The notes beneath the pieces are model-generated. The model did no database searches. It saw nothing but the letters and a program-made list of their open reading frames with translations, and was not told where the DNA came from. Positions 29,456 to 39,935 of a DNA stretch of 64,000 bases are shown here, piece by piece (the first letter of the stretch is position 1; every line of letters starts with the position of its first letter). Source of the DNA: Pseudomonadota bacterium (lineage in GTDB: Bacteria; Bdellovibrionota_B; Oligoflexia; Silvanigrellales; Silvanigrellaceae); NCBI GenBank assembly GCA_039799905.1, contig JBDLRP010000048.1, forward strand, positions 1 through 64,000, written 5' to 3'. The position numbers were made by a program, and so were the translations under genes.

Positions 29456-29487
29456 ACCCCTGCATGAAAAATCGTTCATACAGGGGT
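29456..29487 (-). terminator. Hairpin after the HD-GYP gene
   Basis: ACCCCTGTATGAA..TTCATGCAGGGGT inverted repeat followed by TGTTT. Confidence 0.55.
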
Positions 29488-29507
29488 AAGGGAGCGGGCT
29501 TCGATTG

Positions 29508-30809
29508 TCAAGACGCCTTCTTGATTGAAGACTCGTCTTTCGCAGGCTCTACTGCTTCTTTTTTCTCACCTGCCGGAATCGGCATCGGAATGGACGACGC
29601 CGGCGGCGGATCGACTGCCGGGAACTGCGCCTTGATCTCGAGAATCTCATCAAGATTATCGAAAAAGATATCGACAATATCTGGATCAAAGTGACTGCCG
29701 CTGCAGTTACGCAGTTCGTCGAAGACTTTGTCAATCGGCCACGATTCTTTGTACACGCGCCGCGAACACAATGCGTCGAAGACGTCGGCCAGTGCAACCA
29801 CACGCCCTTCCGCAGGAATGTCCTTGCCCTTGAGGCCGCGCGGGTATCCGCTGCCATCCCAACGTTCATGGTGTGTGTACGCAATGACTGCACCAACCTG
29901 GAGGAAGGGCGAATCCGCACCGCGCAGAACTTCGTATCCCTTCACGGTGTGCAGTTTCATGATTTCAAATTCTTCGGGCGTGAGTCGTCCAGGCTTTTTG
30001 AGCACCGCGTCAGGGGTAGATATCTTACCCACATCATGCAGCATGGCTGCCAGCCGCATCACTTCACAAGAGTTCTCATCGTATCCCAAATGTTTATACA
30101 ACAATACACTGTATCGACTCATGCGCTCGATGTGTCCGCCGGTGTCGGTGTCGTGATATTCAGATGCCTTCACGAACTTCTTCACCGTTTCGATACGTGA
30201 CTGCCGCAAGTCTTCGGCCATGCGCAAATTACGCAGAACTACGCCGCATTGGCTGGAGAGTGCACGCAGATAGGATTCCACACGACTCGGAAACGGCGAA
30301 ACCTCGCCGCTAAAATTTTCACCGGTGAGGTGATTGATAAGCTGCAGAACACCCAAAACATTCCCGCGTGAATCGCACATCGGTATCACCAGCATCGAAC
30401 GGCTTCGATAGTTGGTCATAATGTCGAAAGATGGATTGAAACTGAACGGCGATTCCGGCGGTAAATTATAGACATCTTGAATATTGAGCGGCGTCCGCGA
30501 AGATGCGGCAAACCCTGCAGCTGTCTTGAGGTCAATCGGAAGAGTGTAATTCTTGAGTGCGGCCTTGACCCCACGCGCTTCCAAGACGCGGTTGCGGGTA
30601 AGCACGAATCTCAGCTGGTTCCCGTCTGCCTCATAAACCGTACAGCCTTCGCAATTGCCCATAATCAGTGCCGTTTCAGCCATCAGGCTGAGCAGCTCAC
30701 TGGCGTCATCCATCTCACTCAGAGCGAGTCCGCTCTTCACAAGAAGATTAAGGAAATCAATGGAGTTCTCAGCGTCCTGCGCCAAAACATTCTTTGTGTT
30801 CTCGGACAT
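29508..30809 (-). CDS. GAF plus HD-GYP c-di-GMP phosphodiesterase
   Basis: GAF region (YRSRSMLVIPM..GVLQLIN); LHDVGKI, HHERWDGSGYP, ADVFDAL. Confidence 0.93.
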   Translation of the reverse strand: MSENTKNVLAQDAENSIDFLNLLVKSGLALSEMDDASELLSLMAETALIMGNCEGCTVYEADGNQLRFVLTRNRVLEARGVKAALKNYTLPIDLKTAAGFAASSRTPLNIQDVYNLPPESPFSFNPSFDIMTNYRSRSMLVIPMCDSRGNVLGVLQLINHLTGENFSGEVSPFPSRVESYLRALSSQCGVVLRNLRMAEDLRQSRIETVKKFVKASEYHDTDTGGHIERMSRYSVLLYKHLGYDENSCEVMRLAAMLHDVGKISTPDAVLKKPGRLTPEEFEIMKLHTVKGYEVLRGADSPFLQVGAVIAYTHHERWDGSGYPRGLKGKDIPAEGRVVALADVFDALCSRRVYKESWPIDKVFDELRNCSGSHFDPDIVDIFFDNLDEILEIKAQFPAVDPPPASSIPMPIPAGEKKEAVEPAKDESSIKKAS

Positions 30810-30878
30810 TAAACACTCCACTTCCCAAACGTACCCGACGGATCCGCGCACTCAAGCGTACGGGTCCCATTTGACTCG

Positions 30879-30905
30879 GTATCGGCCTCGGTTCCGACAA
30901 CTTGA
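30879..30905 (-). promoter_or_regulatory. sigma28 (FliA)-type promoter
   Basis: TCAAG-N14-GCCGATAC upstream of the HD-GYP gene. Confidence 0.7.
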
Positions 30906-31068
30906 GACAGGATGAGGCGGGAAACTGACAGCCGCTGGTCCAACCAAACGCGCCTCCCGAGGGAAAGCAGCCAAGGCTCTTGTCTTTTTGGCAAATTACG
31001 GACTATGAGAGGGGCGTTCCGCAAAATACGAACTTCACCTGAATATAAACTTTCCCGCGAGGTGATTT

Positions 31069-32679
31069 ATGATTGCGCGTTACAGCCGCCCACAGATGTC
31101 CAAGCTATGGTCCGAGGAAGCAAAATACGTCTCATGGTCCCGCGTCGAGCGGGCTCACCTCGAAGGTCTTGTCGAACGCCGCGGAGTTCCCGCAGCTGTG
31201 CTCAATGCATTCGACCATGCGATTCAATCCACTCATCCAGACGACTACCAAAGGCGCGAGCTTGAGACTGGCCACGACGTGATTGCTTACGTCGCCGAAG
31301 TCGGTGCTGCGATGGGCGACTTTGGACGTTGGCTGCATCAAGGTCTGACGAGTTCCGACGTGCTCGACACCGCACTCAGCCTGCGCCTGCGTGAAACTCT
31401 CGAACTCCTCGACAAGCCATTGACACAGTTGCGAACGGCCCTGGCAACACATGCATTCCGTCATAATGCGACTCCCGTGATGGGCCGCACTCACGGTATC
31501 CATGCAGAGCCGCTTTCATTCGGACAAGTTCTCGCAGGCCATTTCGGCGAATTCCAGCGCGCACATTTGTCGCTGCTTGAGGCGCGCAAAGCCTGCTCGA
31601 CCGGTAAACTTTCGGGAGCAGTCGGACAATATTCGCAACTGCATCCTGAGTATGAATCACACGTTTTGAACAAATTGAATCTGACGGCGGAACCCGTCGC
31701 GACTCAGGTGATTCCCCGTGACCGCATCCTCCGTGTCGGACAGGCGTGCGAAAGCCTCGCCAATGCAATCGACAGGTTTGCGCTCAACATGCGTCACTGG
31801 GCACGCACCGAATTGCAGGAAGTACTTGAACCCTTCGGTGAAAAACAAAAGGGCAGTTCGGCAATGCCGCACAAGAAGAACCCCGTGCTGGCAGAAAACC
31901 TGTCAGGGCTTGCGCGTACTGTACGCGGGTATGTGCAGATGCTCGGACAAAACACCAGCCTCTGGCACGAACGCGACATTTCGCATAGCAGCGTGGAGCG
32001 CATTGCTCTGCCTGACCTTTTTGTCACGCTCGATTTCATGACCGCCCGCTGCGCTGAGCTGATCGAAAAAATGGTTGTTCAGCCCGAAGTGATGAAGAGG
32101 AACCTCGACCGCCTGGGCGGATTGTGGGCCAGCCAGTCGGTGCTGACGCAGCTGACCAACGCCGGAATGAACCGCACCAGCGCTTACGAGCTGGTGCAAA
32201 AAATCGCGCTGCCGCTCAACATGCAGGCTGCGCGTGAAAGCCTGCCCGCAGACGCCTTTTTGAAAGCACTCGAGGCCCAGCCGGCGGTTGTCGACCTCAT
32301 CGGCCGAGAACAACTCCGCAGTCTGTTCAATCTTGAAAAGTTTGTCGCACACACTGCCGGACGTTTTCTCAATGTGTTTGGAATTACGCCGGACGAGGTC
32401 ACCCGTCTGCATGGCGGCAGAGCCGACGCCAAAACGATTCCTGCCTTGCAGAGGGTTTATCAGGTGACGGTCGCGCTGAATGCCGACGTGCTCGATACGG
32501 AAGCCAAAACAATTGAAGAACACATGCAGGCGCAGGGCCTGACGGCCCGCCTGAACCGTTCGAAAGTCTTTACCATCAGCCTTCCCGACGAAGATGAAAA
32601 AACGAATTTGTTACGTTATGTCTCGTCAGTGCTCAGAAACGAGGTCATGGAGTCCATTCACGTGGAGGTCATTCAATGA
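31069..32679 (+). CDS. purB: Adenylosuccinate lyase fused to a C-terminal PurS-like domain
   Basis: MIARYSR, GRTHGIHAEP, GSSAMPHKKNP; last ~75 aa resemble PurS (V.V.L..VLD...SK.F...LRNEVME). Confidence 0.93.
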   Translation: MIARYSRPQMSKLWSEEAKYVSWSRVERAHLEGLVERRGVPAAVLNAFDHAIQSTHPDDYQRRELETGHDVIAYVAEVGAAMGDFGRWLHQGLTSSDVLDTALSLRLRETLELLDKPLTQLRTALATHAFRHNATPVMGRTHGIHAEPLSFGQVLAGHFGEFQRAHLSLLEARKACSTGKLSGAVGQYSQLHPEYESHVLNKLNLTAEPVATQVIPRDRILRVGQACESLANAIDRFALNMRHWARTELQEVLEPFGEKQKGSSAMPHKKNPVLAENLSGLARTVRGYVQMLGQNTSLWHERDISHSSVERIALPDLFVTLDFMTARCAELIEKMVVQPEVMKRNLDRLGGLWASQSVLTQLTNAGMNRTSAYELVQKIALPLNMQAARESLPADAFLKALEAQPAVVDLIGREQLRSLFNLEKFVAHTAGRFLNVFGITPDEVTRLHGGRADAKTIPALQRVYQVTVALNADVLDTEAKTIEEHMQAQGLTARLNRSKVFTISLPDEDEKTNLLRYVSSVLRNEVMESIHVEVIQ

Positions 32680-33413
32680 CCAGACAAAAGGCCGCCGTTC
32701 TGCAATTTCCGGGAACCAACTGCGATCAGGACACACTGCGCTGGCTTGCGCGCAATCTTGATCTCGATGTCTCCTTTGTCAGAAATCAGGAAGACATCGA
32801 AAAACGCCCCCCTGGACACACCGCCGTGATTATTCTCCCAGGGGGGTTTTCATTTGGCGATTATCTGCGCGCAGGGGCGCTGGCGGCGCGCTCGCCGCTG
32901 ATGGACTGGGTGCGCCGCGAGGCTGCTGCGGGTGTCGCTGTGCTCGGCATCTGCAACGGTTTTCAGATTCTCTGTGAATCCGGTCTTCTGCCGGGTGCGC
33001 TTGCGCCCAACGTCATCCGCCAGCACGTGCATGAGTTTGTCACCATCCATGCAGAAATCTCGGTAGCCTCGCGCTGGACTCCAAAGCTTACGAGCGGCCA
33101 GTTGCTGACTTTGCCGATCTCGTGCGGCATGGGTAACTTCGTCGCACCACGAAAGGCGGACAGCTTTCAAACCCTCTTCCGCTATACACTCAACATTCTG
33201 GGCAGCAGCGAGAGCATCGCAGGAATATCCAATCCCGAAGGAAACATTGTCGGCATGATGCCGCACCCAGAACGCGCGAGTGACCCAACTTTGGGAGCAT
33301 CGGATGGATTGTTCATGCTGGACGCGTTGGCAACCCAGCTAGGCATACCAGTCAGAGCGGACAGTCCGCTCGACCACTGGCGCAAAACCAAACACGCCCA
33401 CAACACACACTGA
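32676..33413 (+). CDS. purQ: FGAM synthase glutaminase subunit
   Basis: FPGTNCD, PGGFSFGDYLRAG, GICNGFQIL, MMPHPER. Confidence 0.96.
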   Translation: MTRQKAAVLQFPGTNCDQDTLRWLARNLDLDVSFVRNQEDIEKRPPGHTAVIILPGGFSFGDYLRAGALAARSPLMDWVRREAAAGVAVLGICNGFQILCESGLLPGALAPNVIRQHVHEFVTIHAEISVASRWTPKLTSGQLLTLPISCGMGNFVAPRKADSFQTLFRYTLNILGSSESIAGISNPEGNIVGMMPHPERASDPTLGASDGLFMLDALATQLGIPVRADSPLDHWRKTKHAHNTH

Positions 33414-33437
33414 CGTTTGTCGCCGAGGTTGAATTCA

Positions 33438-35924
33438 ATGTCTTCAAGTCCGCAAACACCAGCAGAAGTTGGCAAAGAAGAAAAGAAGCAGCTCGAACTC
33501 GCGCAGGGATTCGGCCTGTCCGCAGATGAATTTAAACGGCTCAGAGAACTTCTCGGGCGCAGCCCGTCACTCGAAGAAATCGCCGTGACCGGTGCGCTGT
33601 GGAGCGAGCACTGCTCCTACAAGTCATCACGCGTCCATCTCTCGCGCTTTCACACCCAGGAACCTTGGGTTTTGCAGGGCCCGGGTGAAAATGCCGGGAT
33701 TGTCGAGATCGCCGAAGGCGTCGGACTCGCCTTCAAAATGGAGAGTCACAACCACCCCAGCTACATTGAACCTTATCAGGGCGCGGCGACCGGTGTTGGC
33801 GGAATTCTCCGCGACGTGTTCTGCATGGGCGCGCGCCCGATCGCAAACCTGAACTGCCTGCGCTACGGCGAAGGCGACTACAACGCACATCTTCTGAAGC
33901 ATACCGTGCGCGGAATCGGCGATTACGGCAACTCGGTGGGTGTTCCCACAGTCGGCGGCCAGACACGATTCCATCACGGCTACAGCAAGAACATTCTCGT
34001 CAACGCTTTCACCGCAGGACTCGTCAAAAGCGATGCCATTTTCCGCGGTAAACTGCAGAACGACTCAACTCAGCCGCGTCAGCAAGTTGCAAGCCGACTT
34101 CTCCCCGCGCAGCCGATGACAGCCGAAAAGCGCAGCGAACTTTTTCCTTCCGGTGCCAACCTGCTGTTGTATTTCGGAAGTGCAACTGGCCGTGACGGCG
34201 TTCATGGCGCAACCATGAGTTCCGACACCTTCGACGACGCGTCGGCGGCACTCAAACCGACCGTGCAGGTCGGAGACCCGTTTGCAGAGAAAAAACTGCT
34301 CGAGGTGACGCTTGAATTGCTTGAAAAGAAACTGGTCGTCGGTCTGCAGGACATGGGCGCGGCAGGACTCACTTCGAGCGGAGTCGAAATGGCCGGCCGT
34401 TCGGGATGCGGAGTCGTTATAGATTTGAACCTCATTCCTGCACGCACGGCGCGGCTCAAGGCATTCGAATATCTATTGTCAGAGTCGCAGGAGCGCATGC
34501 TGTGTGCCGTCACACCCGAAAAGGCTCCTGCGGTGATTGAGCTTTGCAGGCAGCATCAAGTGGCAGCTGCGGTGATCGGCTCGGTCAACGACACGGGCGA
34601 ATTCATCTGTCTGCACAACGACGAAGTCGTGTGTGTTCTGCCGGTCGGAATCCTCACCGACAACGCACCGAAGTACACCTGGCCGCTTCAGGATCGCGAC
34701 GCATATCTTCGTGAACACGCGCGCATCGAACGTCCGCTGCCGGCTGATTCCGGTCTGAAAATTGGACTGCCGGAAGAAACGCGAAAATCCCTCGCCGGCG
34801 TCTTGGAATCGGCGACAACGAGTTTTGCTCAGGCATGGCCAGTTCTGCAAAAACACCTTCCCGAACTTATGTCACTGCCAGTGCACGCATCGAAAGATCC
34901 ATTGACGCGGCATTACTGTTCGACCGTGCAGGGCAACACGATTGCAGGCTGCCAGACGCCGCGCTCGAGCGCCGCTGCTCTCGTCAGGCTAGATGAAGCC
35001 TTTGTTCCTGAATCGGCTCACGATACATTCGCACGCAACGCTCCGGTTGTTGCTCTCGCCGCGGGTTGTCAGGAACGCTGGATTGAAATTGACCCGCTGC
35101 ATGGCGCCGCGCAAAGCACCCTGCTTCTCTCACGCAGGATCGTAGCGAGCGGCGGACGCCCGCTGGCCATGACCGACTGCCTGAACTTCGGAAGCCCGCG
35201 TCAGCCGGCCGTCATGCGGCAGATCTCGGACGCCATCGACGGCATCAATTCAGTGGCAAAAACGATGCGCATTCCGATCGTCAGCGGCAACGTCAGCCTC
35301 AACAACCAGACAGGAACCACACCCATTCCGCCGACACCGATGGTGGGAATTGCCGGTGTCGTCGATTCCTGCCAGCGGGTGGTCGGAGATTTGCCTTCGC
35401 TCACGAAAAACAACTCAACTTCTCAGCATCGTCTTTATTGGTTGTGCGCGAAAAACACCGATTCATTGACCAATTTCGCCATGTCGGAAATGGCATGGAA
35501 CGTGTTTCACAAAAACAACGGGCCCGTTCCGCAAGCCGACTTCGCCTCGGAAATGCAGATGAACGAATTCCTCGCTGAGCTCAACCAGCAACAGCACTTG
35601 AACAGCTGCGCGGTCGCCGGATGCGGCGGTGTGCTGATGACTTTGCTGACCATGGCCGCACGCACACAGTCAGCACTTGCGTTCACAAAAGAGTGCCTCG
35701 CACTGCATGTGCAGACGCTGTTCGCCGAAGGGCAAGCGGGCGTCATTGTATCTGGCCCTGCATTAGCTGATCAGCGAATTGCAGGACAGGCCGATGCGCG
35801 CGGCTTGAGGCTTGTACCTTTGGCCGACCTCATCTCCTGCGACAGCCTCGCTCCAACCGAGTCGCAAGTTTGGAAGGCAGCATCGGCGCAATACTCCGAC
35901 TCTCTCAAATCTTTTTTCAGGTAA
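33438..35924 (+). CDS. purL: FGAM synthase synthetase subunit (small PurL)
   Basis: WSEHCSYKSS, ESHNHPS, GAATGVGG, QDMGAAG, SESQERM, VSGNVSL. Confidence 0.96.
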   Translation: MSSSPQTPAEVGKEEKKQLELAQGFGLSADEFKRLRELLGRSPSLEEIAVTGALWSEHCSYKSSRVHLSRFHTQEPWVLQGPGENAGIVEIAEGVGLAFKMESHNHPSYIEPYQGAATGVGGILRDVFCMGARPIANLNCLRYGEGDYNAHLLKHTVRGIGDYGNSVGVPTVGGQTRFHHGYSKNILVNAFTAGLVKSDAIFRGKLQNDSTQPRQQVASRLLPAQPMTAEKRSELFPSGANLLLYFGSATGRDGVHGATMSSDTFDDASAALKPTVQVGDPFAEKKLLEVTLELLEKKLVVGLQDMGAAGLTSSGVEMAGRSGCGVVIDLNLIPARTARLKAFEYLLSESQERMLCAVTPEKAPAVIELCRQHQVAAAVIGSVNDTGEFICLHNDEVVCVLPVGILTDNAPKYTWPLQDRDAYLREHARIERPLPADSGLKIGLPEETRKSLAGVLESATTSFAQAWPVLQKHLPELMSLPVHASKDPLTRHYCSTVQGNTIAGCQTPRSSAAALVRLDEAFVPESAHDTFARNAPVVALAAGCQERWIEIDPLHGAAQSTLLLSRRIVASGGRPLAMTDCLNFGSPRQPAVMRQISDAIDGINSVAKTMRIPIVSGNVSLNNQTGTTPIPPTPMVGIAGVVDSCQRVVGDLPSLTKNNSTSQHRLYWLCAKNTDSLTNFAMSEMAWNVFHKNNGPVPQADFASEMQMNEFLAELNQQQHLNSCAVAGCGGVLMTLLTMAARTQSALAFTKECLALHVQTLFAEGQAGVIVSGPALADQRIAGQADARGLRLVPLADLISCDSLAPTESQVWKAASAQYSDSLKSFFR

Positions 35925-35930
35925 TCCAGA

Positions 35931-37385
35931 ATGTGCGGAATTTTTGCCCTGACAAATCACACTGAAGCTGCCCACATGGCATTTTTGGGTCTTTTTTCCC
36001 TGCAGCACCGTGGTCAGGAAAGCGCCGGACTTGCTTCGCTGCGTGACGGCGATCTCAATGTGCACCGCGCAGCAGGTTTGGTGAGCGACGTTTTCACACC
36101 CGAGACACTCAACCGTCTCAAGGGCACTGCAGCTTTGGGCCATGTGCGATACAGCACCGCCGGCGGCGAGTCGGCTTCCAACATTCAGCCGCTGGCCGCG
36201 CGTGTCAACGGCGTCAAGGTTGCGCTTGCGCACAACGGAAATCTAGTGAACGCACCAGAATTGCGGGACGACCTCGAAAGGCGTGGCGCAATTTTTCAGG
36301 GGACCGCCGACACTGAAATCATACTGCACCTGCTCGCACAGGCCCCCGGTGCCGATTTGGGCGCAAAACTCAAGCACGTCAGCGGACTGCTTGAGGGTGC
36401 TTTCTCGCTCGTCCTGCTCACTCCCACTCATCTTTATGCTTGTGTCGACGCGCTCGGCTATCGGCCGCTGTCACTTGGGCGTTTTTCCGACAGCACAGGC
36501 AGCGCAGCAACTTGGGCAGTCAGCAGCGAGACGTGCGCATTTGAGCTGGTGGGAGCAAAATTCGAACGCGACATTTTGCCCGGCGAGATGATCGAAATTC
36601 GCCTCCATGACGGCTTAATCAAAACGAGCCATCTGCCGGATACGCGCACATCCGCCGGTGAAAATTTACGCCGCTGTGTGTTCGAACAAATCTATTTCGC
36701 GCGACCCGACTCCCAGCTTTGGGGACAGTCCACATTTTTGTTTCGTGAGACTCTCGGAGCAGAACTCGCCAAACAGGCTCCAGCTGAAGCTGACTTGGTC
36801 ATACCCATTCCTGACTCGGGTGTTCCCATGGCGATGGGCTACGCGCGTGCATCAGGCATACCCTACGCAATGGGACTCATCCGCAATCACTACGTCGGCC
36901 GCACGTTCATCGAACCGACACAAACTGTGCGCAACTTCCGCCTCAGGCTCAAACTGAGCCCACTGCGTCATATCATCGAGGGCAAGCGTCTGGTGGTTGT
37001 GGACGACAGCATTGTCCGCGGTACGACCTCACGCCGGATTGTCGAATTGCTGCGCGAGGCAGGAGCACGCGAGGTGCACATGCGCATCGGTTCACCGCCA
37101 GTCAAATTTCCCTGCTTCTATGGTATCGACACACCCAAACGCAGAGACCTTTTGGCACAGCAGATGAATCTCGACCAAATGCGCGAAACACTGCAAGCGG
37201 ATTCGCTGGCGTATCTTGCAACCGAAACCCTGCATTCGATGGCCACCCCAGCGGCCCGCTGCGCAAACGGCAGCAGTGGATTTTGCGATTCATGCTTCAG
37301 CGGCAATTACGCGGACGGCTTCGCTCAGCGTCGGTTGAGCGAAGAACAAACAACGTCGGTAAAAAAAATTGAGGTGACACCATGA
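35931..37385 (+). CDS. purF: Amidophosphoribosyltransferase
   Basis: [29 protein letters not shown]; Fe-S-type cysteines CVFE/CFYG/CDSC. Confidence 0.97.
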   Translation: MCGIFALTNHTEAAHMAFLGLFSLQHRGQESAGLASLRDGDLNVHRAAGLVSDVFTPETLNRLKGTAALGHVRYSTAGGESASNIQPLAARVNGVKVALAHNGNLVNAPELRDDLERRGAIFQGTADTEIILHLLAQAPGADLGAKLKHVSGLLEGAFSLVLLTPTHLYACVDALGYRPLSLGRFSDSTGSAATWAVSSETCAFELVGAKFERDILPGEMIEIRLHDGLIKTSHLPDTRTSAGENLRRCVFEQIYFARPDSQLWGQSTFLFRETLGAELAKQAPAEADLVIPIPDSGVPMAMGYARASGIPYAMGLIRNHYVGRTFIEPTQTVRNFRLRLKLSPLRHIIEGKRLVVVDDSIVRGTTSRRIVELLREAGAREVHMRIGSPPVKFPCFYGIDTPKRRDLLAQQMNLDQMRETLQADSLAYLATETLHSMATPAARCANGSSGFCDSCFSGNYADGFAQRRLSEEQTTSVKKIEVTP

Positions 37386-37909
37386 GTCATGTCGGAATTG
37401 TCATGGGAAGTGAGTCCGACATGGACACCATGAATGCGGCAGTGGAAATCCTCAAAGCAGCCGGTGTCGAATTTGAATGCACGGTCGTGAGTGCACACCG
37501 CACTCCCGAGAGATTGTTTCAGTATGCCAAGAATGCCGAGGCCCGAAAACTCAAAGTGATCATTGCTGGTGCAGGTGGCGCTGCACACTTGCCGGGGATG
37601 ATCGCCAGTCTCACCACTCTGCCGGTACTCGGCGTACCGGTGCAGAGCAAGACACTCAACGGTCTCGACAGCCTGCTGTCCATTGTGCAGATGCCGGCAG
37701 GTGTTCCCACCGCGACATTTGCCATCGGCACTGCAGGCGCGCGCAACGCTGCGTTGTTTGCGATTCAAATTCTTGCCCTCGCCGACGAGCGGCTGAGCCG
37801 TTGGAATCACCAGCACAAAAAACACATCGAAGGACAGGCTCTGGAACAGGCGGCACGGGTTGAGTCGGTCGCGGGAGTGCCGTTCCGCTGGGAACCTGGA
37901 GAGTCATGA
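37382..37909 (+). CDS. purE: N5-CAIR mutase
   Basis: [31 protein letters not shown]. Confidence 0.97.
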   Translation: MSHVGIVMGSESDMDTMNAAVEILKAAGVEFECTVVSAHRTPERLFQYAKNAEARKLKVIIAGAGGAAHLPGMIASLTTLPVLGVPVQSKTLNGLDSLLSIVQMPAGVPTATFAIGTAGARNAALFAIQILALADERLSRWNHQHKKHIEGQALEQAARVESVAGVPFRWEPGES

Positions 37910-39105
37910 CTGAGACGCCGGCGCAAAAAACAATTGGCATTCTCGGCGGCGGACAATTGGGGCTGATGCTCAGTCAGTCGCTGGCAGACCTCGGCGCACA
38001 GGTACGGATTCTTGATCCCCAGCCCGATTGTCCCGCTGCATTGCGTACGGCTTTTTCACGTACAGCATCGTTCGCCGATGACGATGCCCTTTGTGAATTT
38101 TTTCTTGCCTGCGATCGCGTGACCTACGAATTCGAACACATCCCAATCGCCGCCCTGCGCAGGGTACTCGACAAGACGGATTCCCATCACAAACTCTGGC
38201 CGTCGCTGAGTGTTCTGGAAAACTCGCAGAACCGTGTTGCCGAAAAAATCGCTCTGGCAAAAGCCGATGCGCCCGTCGCAGAATGGATCGAAATCTGCAG
38301 TGTGGAAGACTTGCGTCAACACAAGCCGCAATGGCTTGGCAGGCAACGTGCGGGAATTCTCAAAACAGCACGCGGCGGCTATGACGGAAAAGGGCAATGG
38401 CGCCTTTCCAGCGAAGAGAATTGGAATAGTGCGATTGCAGAGTTGACCAGCCGAGAAGAGCTGTTTCCTCTTGTACTCGAAGAGAAGTGTCAACTGCTGG
38501 GTGAGCTCAGCGTGATTGTCGGGCGTCACCCCGAACACGGCGTTGTCACTCTTCCGGCAGTCGAAAACATCCACGTCGACGGAATTCTCGACGTCACTTT
38601 TTATCCGCCGCGGCTGCCTGCGCACATCTGCGTCGAGGCAAAACAGATTGCCGAGCATGTGGCACAGCAATGGAATGTTCACGGTTTGCTCACCGTCGAG
38701 TTTTTTGTGGTTGAGAATTCAGCCGGGACAAAACTGCTCGCAAACGAAGTTGCGCCGCGCCCGCACAACTCCGGCCACGTCAGCCGCCGCAGTCTGTCTC
38801 GCAGCCAGTTTGATTTGCTCGCTCACATTCTTCTCGACCAGCCCTGTCAAATCAGCGAGACGCAAACCGGCGTGGTCTGGGCAATGTTGAACACACTCGG
38901 CGATCTATGGGGCAAAGGAAGTGCATTTTGGCCGCATCAGCTGACCTCGCATTCCGCAGTCTGCGAGGCGATGCTTTACGGCAAACCCGAAGTTCGCCGC
39001 GGACGCAAGATGGGCCATGTCATTTTGCGCGGCAATACCCATTCTGAGCTCAACAAACACATTCAGTTTTTACGTTCAACGTTTCCCGATGACAAAGGTG
39101 TCTGA
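37906..39105 (+). CDS. purK: N5-CAIR synthase
   Basis: [35 protein letters not shown]. Confidence 0.95.
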   Translation: MTETPAQKTIGILGGGQLGLMLSQSLADLGAQVRILDPQPDCPAALRTAFSRTASFADDDALCEFFLACDRVTYEFEHIPIAALRRVLDKTDSHHKLWPSLSVLENSQNRVAEKIALAKADAPVAEWIEICSVEDLRQHKPQWLGRQRAGILKTARGGYDGKGQWRLSSEENWNSAIAELTSREELFPLVLEEKCQLLGELSVIVGRHPEHGVVTLPAVENIHVDGILDVTFYPPRLPAHICVEAKQIAEHVAQQWNVHGLLTVEFFVVENSAGTKLLANEVAPRPHNSGHVSRRSLSRSQFDLLAHILLDQPCQISETQTGVVWAMLNTLGDLWGKGSAFWPHQLTSHSAVCEAMLYGKPEVRRGRKMGHVILRGNTHSELNKHIQFLRSTFPDDKGV

Positions 39106-39107
39106 AC

Positions 39108-39935
39108 ATGAGTACAGCTGCCATCCGCCCTACCGGCGCGCGCATTCTCTGCCTTGGTTTCGATCCGATGCCGAGGTCCGGTCTGCAAAAAGACTGGCTC
39201 GACTGCTTTGACAATCACCTCGAGTTTTTTGAACTGCTCGATCGCAAGCCGCAGTGGGTCAAACTCAATCTGGCTTTTTTCCTGCGCTGGGGCCGGCTCG
39301 GTATCGATAAACTCGAGCTTGCCTGCGAAACGCTCGGTGACAAGACAAACATTCTGCTCGACGGCAAATTTGGTGAAATCGGCAATAGCCTCAGCCATTA
39401 TCTCGACTTCGCCTTTGAACACCTCAAGGCCGACGGTGTGACAGTCAATCCTTTCATGGGTGAACACATCATCGGCTCGGCGCTGCAAAAAGCACTGAGT
39501 CTGCGCGGCGCATCTTCGCGAGTCTTCGTCCTCGGAGCCACCAGCGAATTTCCGCAAAAAAAACTGGCCGAGCTGCAAAACTCATACAGCGCAATCGCGG
39601 AGGCTTGTGAGGACGCACACCTCACGCTCGACCCAAGTGGTTCACTGGGCGCGCACCTTGGTCTGGTCGTCGGTGCAAACCGACAGGACGCCATGACCAA
39701 TGAAGTCATTTTGCGCGGACAGATGCCGCTGCTAATGCCCGGAATCGGCGCGCAGGGTGTATCGCTCGAGTCGGCAGTCAAACGCACGGCACCGCTTGCG
39801 CAGGAAATTATTTTTCCCGTGAGTCGTGCCATCTGCGAGGGCGGCAATCTCAAGCCAATCGAGATGCAACATAAATTTCAACAGATGCAGAACGAATTGG
39901 ATTCACTTCTCAGTCAGCCGCGAGGTCATTCATGA
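39108..39935 (+). CDS. pyrF: Orotidine-5'-phosphate decarboxylase (subfamily 2-like)
   Basis: CLGFDP, KLNLAFF, LDGKFGEIGNS, TVNPFMG, GLVVGA, PGIGAQG, SRAI. Confidence 0.85.
   Translation: MSTAAIRPTGARILCLGFDPMPRSGLQKDWLDCFDNHLEFFELLDRKPQWVKLNLAFFLRWGRLGIDKLELACETLGDKTNILLDGKFGEIGNSLSHYLDFAFEHLKADGVTVNPFMGEHIIGSALQKALSLRGASSRVFVLGATSEFPQKKLAELQNSYSAIAEACEDAHLTLDPSGSLGAHLGLVVGANRQDAMTNEVILRGQMPLLMPGIGAQGVSLESAVKRTAPLAQEIIFPVSRAICEGGNLKPIEMQHKFQQMQNELDSLLSQPRGHS

Noticed and set aside
33438..35924. PurL insertions as intein or extra domain
   Set aside because: The inserts are short linker-like segments without intein splice motifs.
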